Assembly (NCBI GenBank): GCA_039806935.1
Contig: JBDHQH010000006.1
Span: 1 to 63,553, forward strand
Direction of reading: 5' to 3'
DNA: 63,553 bases
From: Verrucomicrobiota bacterium
Lineage (GTDB): Bacteria; Verrucomicrobiota; Verrucomicrobiia; Limisphaerales; UBA8199
The notes beneath the pieces were generated by a model, which was not told the DNA's origin, did no database searches, and was given only the letters and a program-made list of their open reading frames with translations. A program made the translations under genes and the position numbers. Positions 1-7,898 of the stretch are shown here, one piece after another; positions within the stretch are counted from its first letter, which is position 1; every line of letters starts with the position of its first letter.

Positions 1-89
1 CCCCTGCCCGTTTGCGGAGCGCGGGAGCTCCGCCCGCCGCCTTTGAAAAGACGTGCGCGGCACTCTGGTTCGATTATGCTAACCAACGA

Positions 90-875
90 ATGCCGCCTGA
101 ACTATCAGTGGTTGTTCCATTCTTTAACGAGGCTGAGAACGTCGGTCCCCTAATCGAACGTGTGTTCGAAGCACTGCGGAGCCAATCCGGCGGACTCGAG
201 CTGTTGCTCGTGGATGACGGCAGCACCGACGACACTTGGGTTCGCATCCGCGAGGCCGCCACGAGGGATCCCCGCGTGCGGCCATTGCGGCATCCCAGCA
301 ATCAAGGGCAGAGCGCCGCCCTGTGGACCGGCTTTAGAGCCAGCCGCGGCCGCGTGATCGCCACCCTGGACGGAGATTTGCAAAATGATCCGGCGGATTT
401 CCCGATGATGCTGGCGGAACTGGCGGGCTGCGATCTGGTCTGCGGGGTTCGCACCAGGCGCGCGGATAATCTCTTGCGACGCGCCTCAACCCGCGTCGCG
501 CGCTGGGCCCGACGGACGGCGCTGCGCGTCGATTTCGCGGATACCGGCTGCAATTTGCGTGTTTTCAAGGCGGAACTTATCCATGCGCTTCCGGCTTTTG
601 ATGGAATCCACCGGTTCATGCCCGTGCTGGCGCACGGCGCCGGCGCGGTGGTGCGCGAGGTGCCAGTTCGCCATCATCCCCGCATCGCGGGAGTTTCCAA
701 ATACGGAGTCTGGAATCGGCTGGGCCGCGGCATCCGCGATCTCATCATGGTCGGGCTGTTTCTTCGCCGGCAACTGAGGTTGCTCGACCCGGACAGACTG
801 CGGCATTCAGCCATGCCCGCCACAACCTCGTCTGGAGCACCCGAAGTTCGCGCGGATAAGCCGCTTGGCAAATGA
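90..875 (+). CDS. Glycosyltransferase family 2 (polyprenol-phosphate glycosyltransferase, ArnC/Dpm1-like)
   Basis: LSVVVPFFNE, LLVDDGSTD, TLDGDLQNDP, HHPRIAGVSKY motifs; start moved to in-frame ATG at 90. Confidence 0.9.
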   Translation: MPPELSVVVPFFNEAENVGPLIERVFEALRSQSGGLELLLVDDGSTDDTWVRIREAATRDPRVRPLRHPSNQGQSAALWTGFRASRGRVIATLDGDLQNDPADFPMMLAELAGCDLVCGVRTRRADNLLRRASTRVARWARRTALRVDFADTGCNLRVFKAELIHALPAFDGIHRFMPVLAHGAGAVVREVPVRHHPRIAGVSKYGVWNRLGRGIRDLIMVGLFLRRQLRLLDPDRLRHSAMPATTSSGAPEVRADKPLGK

Positions 876-903
876 GGCCCGGCGGGCTTAACTCCCAAGG
901 CGC

Positions 904-1827
904 ATGACAAATCAATCTCTGAAAGCGGCCCTGGCCGAGCGCGTGCTCGTCTGTGATGGAGCCATGGGAACGCAACTGATGCTGGCCGGTTTGGAATCCG
1001 GCGGCTGTGGGGAGGCCTGGAACCTGTCGCATCCGGACCGGGTGCTGGCGATCCAAAAGCGTTACGTCGAAGCCGGCGCCGATTGCCTGATCACCAACAC
1101 CTTCGGAGGGAACCGGCTGATGCTGACCCGCCACGGTCACGCGGAGGATTTGGCCGAGCTGAACCGCGCCGGCGCCCGGATCGCCCGAGCGGCTTTTGGC
1201 GGCCGGCCGGGATTTGTGCTGGGGGACATGGGGCCCGTGGGAGGCGTCCTCGAGCCGTATGGTGATTTGAGAATCGAGGAAGTGCGGCCTGCCCTGGAGG
1301 AGCAAGCCGCAGCCCTGGTCGAAGGCGGTGTGGACGCCATCATTTTAGAGACACAGACAGCCTTGGAGGAGTTGGAATTGGGGATCGCCGCGGCTAAGGC
1401 CGCCGGGGCGCCTTGCATCATCGCCTCCCTGGCCTACGATCGCTCGTTGGACGGCACGTTCTTCAAAACGATGATGGGTATTTCGCCCGGACAAGCCGCG
1501 GAGTTTGCCCAGAAACAGGGCGCGGATATCGTGGCGCTGAACTGCGGCACCGGCATGGATATGAAGGCGGCGGCGCAGCTTATCCCCTTGTACCGCGGCG
1601 CCTGCACGCTGTTCACGATGGCCCAGCCGAACGCGGGCTTGCCCGTCCTGGAAAACCTCCAAGCGGTTTACAAGCAAACACCGGCGCAAATGGTGGCGGA
1701 TTTGCCCCTCCTGCTTGCCGCCGGAGTGAATATTGTGGGCTCGTGCTGTGGTAGCACACCCGAGCATACCCGGGCTATTCGGGCCACGGTGGACGCGTGG
1801 CGGCCAGACCTCACCGCCAGAGACTAA
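904..1827 (+). CDS. Stand-alone homocysteine S-methyltransferase domain (MetH N-terminal-like)
   Basis: DGAMGTQL, AGADCLITNTFG, Zn ligands ALNCG and GSCCGSTPEH, PNAGLP; no pterin- or cobalamin-binding domain follows. Confidence 0.9.
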   Translation: MTNQSLKAALAERVLVCDGAMGTQLMLAGLESGGCGEAWNLSHPDRVLAIQKRYVEAGADCLITNTFGGNRLMLTRHGHAEDLAELNRAGARIARAAFGGRPGFVLGDMGPVGGVLEPYGDLRIEEVRPALEEQAAALVEGGVDAIILETQTALEELELGIAAAKAAGAPCIIASLAYDRSLDGTFFKTMMGISPGQAAEFAQKQGADIVALNCGTGMDMKAAAQLIPLYRGACTLFTMAQPNAGLPVLENLQAVYKQTPAQMVADLPLLLAAGVNIVGSCCGSTPEHTRAIRATVDAWRPDLTARD

Positions 1828-2159
1828 GGCCGCGCCAGGACAATCTCATTCCCGTCGAAGCTCAGCTCCACGCCGGCGGCCCGGGCGGCTTCACGCAACG
1901 CCGCCTCGAGCATGACCACGGGATCTTTGCTCACGTCCAGACGGCGCATAATCCCCTCTCCCTTGCGATCGCCGATCGTCAGCGTCACCTTCAGCCCTTT
2001 GCGTTTGCAGATGATCCGGGATCCGTCAGGCAACGTGGTATTTAATGGTTTGATGAAGGCGTCCACATAATGGACGCCAATGCCTGACTTGTCGCGCACT
2101 CCGGGTGCTAGTTGGTCGCGAACCGCGGGATTCACCTCGCAGATTTTTTGTCGTGTCAT
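1824..2159 (-). CDS. Hypothetical protein (111 aa), last gene of corrinoid-activator operon
   Basis: ATGA overlap with upstream stop at 2156-2159; globular-looking composition; no recognised motif. Confidence 0.75.
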   Translation of the reverse strand: MTRQKICEVNPAVRDQLAPGVRDKSGIGVHYVDAFIKPLNTTLPDGSRIICKRKGLKVTLTIGDRKGEGIMRRLDVSKDPVVMLEAALREAARAAGVELSFDGNEIVLARP

Positions 2160-3424
2160 ATCGTTTGAATCGGTCCACAGGCCGGCCAGGCCGCGGATGG
2201 TTGACTGAGAGCAAAGTGGATTACCTCAAACACGAGACCCCATTTGTGGTCGCGCGAACTGCGGTCGCAATAGCAGCCCGCCGGTTGACTCGCCCGCTTC
2301 CAGGACAACGCCTCCGCGAGCGGCCGGCCCAGGAGCGGTTTCTCGGCGGCCACCTCGGCCAGCAGCCGCTCTCCGGCGCGCAGATAACCGCACATCGAGC
2401 GATGCCCCTCATCTCCAGGCGCGGGAGCGCAAGCCAGTCCCATTACCTTCCGTCCTTCCTCCCGCGGGCCGAGCCGGACAACATATTGAAATTCCAGCGG
2501 CCGGCCCAGATTGGAGCAGGTGGTGCCGTGATAGCGGAAGACCGCGGTGGTCTCGCCCGCCGGCGAGGTCGTCAGCCGCAGGTGTTCGCCGGCCCATTTG
2601 CGCAAAGTTTTTTCGCGAAACGAATATGGCCACGGCCCGACTGGCGTTACCATGGCTGGACTTGGATTCCGGACTTGCGGATCCGGATTCCAGGCATCAT
2701 GGCGATAAGGCGCACGCCGATACCGGCAGGCGGGAAAAGCGCAAGCTTCGCACGGAATCAGATCCGGGATAGCACGAGCCAAATCAATGCGCGGGGTGAT
2801 CCCCACGAGGGCCAACTGCGATTTAGCCGGCGCCAACATCCCGCTGGCGAGCAATTCCAGAGGCCCAGGGAACCCGCCGGGGGCGCGGTCCGAAGCCAGC
2901 TCGAAGAGCGGGTGTTGGTCCTCGATTCTCCATCCGGTATAGCCGGGGCTGTAATGCGCCAATGCCGCCATCCCCCGCCCTTCGGCCCAGGCGCAGATCC
3001 GCGCGCCCGCATCGGCGATCAAGCGCTCGACTGCCGCCGCGCCGAGGGTCTGAAGGAAGAAGTATTCGTCGGACTTTCCCGCCCGCCACAATTCCCCGGC
3101 CTGCTGCTCGCATTCCACGCCGGCGCTCGCCGCCACCAACACACCGGCGTTCACCTCCGCCCGAAGCCATAAATTTCGCAAGCGCGAGGAATGCAGAGTC
3201 CGGCCGGCGATCTCCAAATCATCCACGGTCAGCCGGAGCCGTTCCAATTCCCATGCGCAAAGCCAGGGCCGCCCGTGAGCCGCGTACCAGACCCTGGCCT
3301 GAAGACTCAACTCCCGCGCTCGCCCCTCCAGCCGCCGCCCCGGCGGATAGCCAAGCAGGCGGCCATACTCTCCCTCGTGGATTTGCACCGCCGGGGCAGG
3401 ATCAATGAATGCAAAACCGTTCAT
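2156..3424 (-). CDS. Methionine synthase reactivation (AdoMet-binding) domain-like protein with additional Cys-rich C-terminal domain
   Basis: HYSPGYTGWRIEDQ...LLASGMLAPAKSQLALVG then CEACAFPACRYR, resembling stand-alone B12 activation domains; start at ATG 3424 (ATGA overlap with upstream stop). Confidence 0.7.
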   Translation of the reverse strand: MNGFAFIDPAPAVQIHEGEYGRLLGYPPGRRLEGRARELSLQARVWYAAHGRPWLCAWELERLRLTVDDLEIAGRTLHSSRLRNLWLRAEVNAGVLVAASAGVECEQQAGELWRAGKSDEYFFLQTLGAAAVERLIADAGARICAWAEGRGMAALAHYSPGYTGWRIEDQHPLFELASDRAPGGFPGPLELLASGMLAPAKSQLALVGITPRIDLARAIPDLIPCEACAFPACRYRRAPYRHDAWNPDPQVRNPSPAMVTPVGPWPYSFREKTLRKWAGEHLRLTTSPAGETTAVFRYHGTTCSNLGRPLEFQYVVRLGPREEGRKVMGLACAPAPGDEGHRSMCGYLRAGERLLAEVAAEKPLLGRPLAEALSWKRASQPAGCYCDRSSRDHKWGLVFEVIHFALSQPSAAWPACGPIQTI

Positions 3425-5076
3425 GCCTGCCGGGCCGTCGCGCCGGCCATTGGTTCCAAGGGCAGGAACTGACAGCCATCGACAAAACAGTTGAAGAACT
3501 CGGGATGTGTTTCCAGCCGGCAATGCGAGATCCGCTGGACCAGCGACTCCAATTCACGGCGCCGGGTGACGGAGAGCAGCGCCAGACAGGCGCCCTCGAT
3601 CGCCGCGTTTCCCACACGGATAATTTTCTCGAGCGGGAGGTTGGGAATGAGTCCAACGCGCTGGGCGGCTTCCGGGTCGAGGTGGCGGCCAAAACCACCC
3701 GCCAAATAGAAGCACTCCAGATCCTCGAAGCGCGCGCCGAACCGATCAAAGAGGATTTGCAGACCGGCTGCGTTCGCGCCTTTCGCCTGCGCCAACTCGT
3801 TGATATCCGCCTCGCTTAAATAGATTTCCCCATCCGCGTTTTTTGAGAGCACCACCCGCTCCAGGCCGTCCTGAAGACGCCCCAGAGAGTTCATTTGCCC
3901 AGTGCGCCGCAACTCGCTGAGCGTTTCCACCAATCCTGAGCCACAAATTCCCGAAGGCGGGCCGCCTCCGATCACCTCGACCCTCCAGCCGCTCTCATTC
4001 CAACGCACCCTCTCAATGGCCCCCGGCAGCCCCGGCATCCCGCGCGCAATCCGCCCACCCTCAAAGGCCGGGCCAGCGGGACACGAAGCGGCCATTACTT
4101 TGTGGCGATTGCCCAGAAGAAGCTCGGTGTTCGTGCCGATATCCATCAAGGCCACCAGCCGATCTTCCTCCGCCAGATTGATTGCCAATGCGCAGGCAGC
4201 GGCATCTGCCCCCACATGCCCGCTAATTATCGGACAGCCGTAAGCTCGCGCCTGTGGGTGAATAGGCAAGCCGAGGCGCCTGGCGTTGGCTGTGACGCTG
4301 GTGCAAGGTCGGCGTCCCTCGGCCTGCTCCACCTCAGTGATGGATTGGTAGGGGCTTTGGCCAATCGAAAAAACGTTTAACCTGAAAAAAAGATCGCGCA
4401 TCGTGGTGTTGCCCACCACAACCGCCTCATAAATGTTCTCTGGCGGGATCGGAAGCTCCTCAATGGCGTGCGCCAGATAACCCGCCAGCGTTCTTTGTAA
4501 CAGGCCCTTGCCCTCCACCGTATCGTAACTGATCCGCGCCATGATGTCCGACCCGCCAAATCGTTGCGGATTTTCAAAGGCGCAATCGGCGACCCTCTCG
4601 CCAGTCTCGAGGTTCAGCAAGCGCACCACGACGGTGGTGGTGCCAATATCGATCGCTATTCCATGCGCTGGAACCGAGCTTTCCCCAATCTTAATTTCGT
4701 CCAGAAACACGCGGCTTCCCACACGATGCACCGCTGGATCCAGGGTGGCTTGACCGGGGCGGGCAGGCAGGCCGGACGCCTGTCGTTCGATCCGCATTTC
4801 GCCGCGCCGCATGGTGCGAGCGCGCACTCGCGACGCCTCCGGCGCCAATCGCGCGCAGCAAGCAAGCCGGAAAGTATCTTTCAGGTGGTTTTCGGCGGGA
4901 TCCGGCGAGGAAAGGAACTCCAGTCCCTCGGTTACCTCGACAATGCATTCCTTGCAGCGCCCGTTCTTATGGCAGGAGGTCGGAATCCTTACCCCCAGCG
5001 CGTCCGCGCATTCGAAAAGGGACAGTCCCGGGGCGAACTCACCCGTTTTTTGGTTCAAATGCACTTCGGTGCTCAT
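3421..5076 (-). CDS. ASKHA-type ATP-dependent reductive activator of corrinoid proteins (RACo/DUF4445) with N-terminal 2Fe-2S ferredoxin
   Basis: SCHKNGRCKEC...RLACC ferredoxin motif; IAIDIGTTTVV, NPQRFGGSDIMARI, VVGNTTM, MDIGTNTE, SCPAGPAFEG, GICGSG, LAGGFG, VGNAAIEGA. Confidence 0.9.
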   Translation of the reverse strand: MSTEVHLNQKTGEFAPGLSLFECADALGVRIPTSCHKNGRCKECIVEVTEGLEFLSSPDPAENHLKDTFRLACCARLAPEASRVRARTMRRGEMRIERQASGLPARPGQATLDPAVHRVGSRVFLDEIKIGESSVPAHGIAIDIGTTTVVVRLLNLETGERVADCAFENPQRFGGSDIMARISYDTVEGKGLLQRTLAGYLAHAIEELPIPPENIYEAVVVGNTTMRDLFFRLNVFSIGQSPYQSITEVEQAEGRRPCTSVTANARRLGLPIHPQARAYGCPIISGHVGADAAACALAINLAEEDRLVALMDIGTNTELLLGNRHKVMAASCPAGPAFEGGRIARGMPGLPGAIERVRWNESGWRVEVIGGGPPSGICGSGLVETLSELRRTGQMNSLGRLQDGLERVVLSKNADGEIYLSEADINELAQAKGANAAGLQILFDRFGARFEDLECFYLAGGFGRHLDPEAAQRVGLIPNLPLEKIIRVGNAAIEGACLALLSVTRRRELESLVQRISHCRLETHPEFFNCFVDGCQFLPLEPMAGATARQA

Positions 5077-5137
5077 GCGACCAGCAGCCTTAAGGTTGAT
5101 AGGATGTTATGCCAGCCGACCACAAACGCAATTGGGA

Positions 5138-5503
5138 TCAGCGCGCCTTTGAAGCCGGCGCCCGTGAGGCGCGCCAGCGTTGCACGCGCCAGAAGAAACC
5201 GCCGAAGAAGAGGGCGCCGCAAAGATTTACTCCCAAGGTGTAGCCAAGCTTGTATGGAACTCCGCTATTCTCGCGCGCGTAAATGGCAATATCCCGCCCC
5301 AGGAGCAGATTGGGCATCGCCATGGGCATCACCGCGCCTTGGGCCATTCCGCTGAAAAAGCCCGCCGGCTGCTTCTTCTCATCTACCAGAGCCGCCAGCC
5401 GGCCACCCCCCCGCCCCACGAGCAACGCCAGGGCGATGACGAGCACGAGTCTGCCAAACAACCGCGCCACGCGAGCGGCCCCGACCAAATCACCTCGTCG
5501 CAT
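5138..5503 (-). CDS. Small membrane protein, hypothetical
   Basis: Hydrophobic segments; PAGFFSGMAQG...IYARENSGVPYKLGY pattern; ATG 5503 overlaps end of upstream GT2. Confidence 0.6.
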   Translation of the reverse strand: MRRGDLVGAARVARLFGRLVLVIALALLVGRGGGRLAALVDEKKQPAGFFSGMAQGAVMPMAMPNLLLGRDIAIYARENSGVPYKLGYTLGVNLCGALFFGGFFWRVQRWRASRAPASKAR

Positions 5504-6263
5504 AGCCGTCGTGGAGAGCGTCCCTCGCCGTTGAACCGCGAGGGAGACCGGAGTTGGAGCCTCCCAATCTGCGGTTGGCCTGCTCGCGGTACTGCTCCCG
5601 GCGGGCCCGGAAATACCATCGAAACCACCGAGCCGAGTCGCGCACGGGACGTATTTTAGAGCGTTCGGCGGCATAAATCACGCGGATGGGGACGAATTCG
5701 ATGCGCAGTTTTGCCCGGGCAAAACGCCAGATCAGATCGGATTCCACCTCGAAATGATTGGCGGCAACCATCGCTTCCGCCCACCGCGGCAGTTCGATCA
5801 AACGAAAGCCGCATTGGGAGTCCGGTAACGGTTGCCCCGCCAGAGCGGAAATGCGCCGGCTCATCCACGAATTGATCATTCGCCGGAGCCGGGGCATGGC
5901 GTCCGGATTCCCAGTGCGGTTGCCGACGACCAAAGCAGCTCCAGTGCGATTCCGACACTCGAAAAATGCCGGGATGTCCTCGGGCGCGTGCTGACCGTCG
6001 CCATCCAGACATAAAGCCCATTGGAAACCCCGCTGGAAGGCCCACTCCCACCCGTGGCGCAGAGCCGAGCCTTTCCCAAGATTTGAGGGTCGCCGGAGCA
6101 CCTCGGCTCCGGCTGCACGCGCTCGCGCGGAGGTGGAGTCGGATGAACCATCATCCACGACGAGAACTTCGGGCGCGAATCTCCGGATTCGCCTCACGAG
6201 CACGGCGATCGAGTCTTCCTCGTTGAAGCACGGGATGATGGCGACAGCCAACGGATCAGCCAT
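5490..6263 (-). CDS. Glycosyltransferase family 2 (Dpm1-like)
   Basis: IIPCFNEE, VVDDGSSD, NLGKGSAL, LDGDGQH, DSQCGFRL. Confidence 0.9.
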   Translation of the reverse strand: MADPLAVAIIPCFNEEDSIAVLVRRIRRFAPEVLVVDDGSSDSTSARARAAGAEVLRRPSNLGKGSALRHGWEWAFQRGFQWALCLDGDGQHAPEDIPAFFECRNRTGAALVVGNRTGNPDAMPRLRRMINSWMSRRISALAGQPLPDSQCGFRLIELPRWAEAMVAANHFEVESDLIWRFARAKLRIEFVPIRVIYAAERSKIRPVRDSARWFRWYFRARREQYREQANRRLGGSNSGLPRGSTARDALHDGYATR

Positions 6264-6456
6264 ACGGATAAACGATTTTCGCTTTCACGCGGCGAATATA
6301 GGCGGATCGGCGATGGTGACAAGAGTGCGGGAACACTATTCTGCTCCCTGTGCGAGTGAACCGAACGTCGCCCTCCCACGGGCAAGGTATCCAACCATCT
6401 CCAGAGTAGGTCATTACCCACTTCCGCCGGCACTGGTTCAAGATTCAGGTTGTCGA

Positions 6457-6993
6457 ATGGGAAACACCGAAACGCAAACCAAAGAGCGCGGCCGAAGCTC
6501 CACCTCGGATATCCTCGGCATCGGCAAGCCTCCAAGCGTGCATCATCAATGGGCGGAGCAGCTCGAAAAACTGACGGACCTGCGCGACCGCCTGCTGCGT
6601 GAGCGTCATTATCAAACCGACACTGCCCGGGAGGAACTGGCCATCTTCGGCGAACACATAGCCGAAGCAGGGACGGACTCATTTGAAAAGGACTGTGCCC
6701 TGGCGCTGCTCTCCTCGACCCAGGACGCACTGTACGAGATCGATCTGGCGCTCACCCGGATTCACAACGGAACGTATGGAACCTGCGAATTGACGGGCGA
6801 GCGGATCGAAGCCGCCAGGCTTCAGGCGATCCCGTGGACACGATTTTCTCTTGCCGCCCAAGCCAGGTTGGAAGAACGAGGGGCGGGGCGGATCCGACTC
6901 GGCCAACTCGGAAGCTTGGAGCATGGCCAGCGTGGTGATTCAGGAGCGGAAGCCGGAGAAGAGGCCGAAGAAGGCCGGATGGCGACCGCCTGA
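6457..6993 (+). CDS. TraR/DksA family transcription factor
   Basis: Coiled coil then LYEIDLALTRIHNGTYGTCELTGERIEAARLQAIPWTRF; start moved to ATG 6457. Confidence 0.85.
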   Translation: MGNTETQTKERGRSSTSDILGIGKPPSVHHQWAEQLEKLTDLRDRLLRERHYQTDTAREELAIFGEHIAEAGTDSFEKDCALALLSSTQDALYEIDLALTRIHNGTYGTCELTGERIEAARLQAIPWTRFSLAAQARLEERGAGRIRLGQLGSLEHGQRGDSGAEAGEEAEEGRMATA

Positions 6994-7122
6994 TTCGACC
7001 CGTTCAGCCGGGCCGCCTGACGGCAGGATAGTCAGGGCAACCCATCGACAACGGACATTTGAAGTAGAACTCGGGCAGGCCCGCATCGCGCGCCTGCCCA
7101 GTGGAAGCGTTAGGCTGGGATT

Positions 7123-7563
7123 CTATTTTTCGCCAGACTGGGCGTTGCTGCCTGTGCTGGCGCCGCCGGCCCCTTGCTCCGCGCCACCCATCATCCGCTG
7201 CCCCCGCTGCCCTCGCGAGACCATTCGTTGGTAAGCTTCCCGCATCTGATCACGAATGAGGTTGTGCTGTTTGACCAAATTATTGATCACCGCCTCCATC
7301 GCATCCACCTTCGCGTTGCCTTGGGCTTGGTTCATTCGCTGCACATCCTGATCCAGCGCGGCGTCCATTTCCTCCAGTTGAGACATCGTTTTCTGATGCT
7401 CCCGCATCATCTGCTGACGCCATTCCATCCGGTTCGGGTTGCCTTTTTGTGTCGGGGTCGCCGAACCGCTGGAATCCGCTTGAGCCCAAAGAGAGGGTGC
7501 TGCGCTGACCGTGCTGGCAGCCGAGATAATTACCAACCATTTGCTGATATTTTTGATCTTCAT
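7123..7563 (-). CDS. Secreted Met/Gln-rich helical protein, hypothetical
   Basis: Signal peptide MKIKNISKWLVIISAASTVSAAPSLWA; coiled-coil-like Met-rich body. Confidence 0.7.
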   Translation of the reverse strand: MKIKNISKWLVIISAASTVSAAPSLWAQADSSGSATPTQKGNPNRMEWRQQMMREHQKTMSQLEEMDAALDQDVQRMNQAQGNAKVDAMEAVINNLVKQHNLIRDQMREAYQRMVSRGQRGQRMMGGAEQGAGGASTGSNAQSGEK

Positions 7564-7676
7564 AAAATCAATGCGTAGATTTTTCTTTCAGGACAATCTC
7601 GCGGCCAGTCCCTCGGTCCACAATGGGCAGCCCGCCCCGGAAAGAACCGGGCGCTGCCCCACGGCAGAAAAATTTG

Positions 7677-7705
7677 TTGACCGCCGCATCGCCTTGGAGC
7701 AAAAT
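7677..7705 (+). promoter_or_regulatory. Putative sigma70 promoter of ilv leader/ilvBN
   Basis: TTGACC-17 nt-CAAAAT just upstream of leader ATG. Confidence 0.4.
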
Positions 7706-7716
7706 ACGGGACTGTG

Positions 7717-7803
7717 ATGCAATACTCACATAAACCTTATACCGTATCACTGCTGGTTTGCGCGGCGGTGGTCGTAGTCGTCGTTAGCCACGGCGCCTGG
7801 TAG
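7717..7803 (+). CDS. ilvBN attenuator leader peptide (28 aa, MQYSHKPYTVSLLVCAAVVVVVVSHGAW)
   Basis: Hand-translated: six tandem Val codons (GTG GTC GTA GTC GTC GTT) plus two Leu, directly before a terminator and ilvB; analogous to E. coli ivbL. Confidence 0.85.
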   Translation: MQYSHKPYTVSLLVCAAVVVVVVSHGAW

Positions 7804-7819
7804 AGGTTTCGTTTTTACC

Positions 7820-7853
7820 AAACCCTGCCGGCGCGAGCCGGCGGGGTTTTTTT
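7820..7853 (+). terminator. Attenuator intrinsic terminator upstream of ilvB
   Basis: CCCTGCCGGC-GCGA-GCCGGCGGGG stem (one G-U pair), GNRA loop, then T7; 5' arm can alternatively pair with GGTAGAGGTTT at 7799-7809. Confidence 0.9.
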
Positions 7854-7898
7854 ATCCTCTCCGCCCGCTCGTTTCGGCGCATCCAAGAAAGCACGAAA

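Noticed and set aside
7625-7660. GC hairpin GGGCAGC...GCTGCCC considered as a cobalamin riboswitch
   Set aside because: Lacks the B12-box and other conserved elements, and is not upstream of the corrinoid genes
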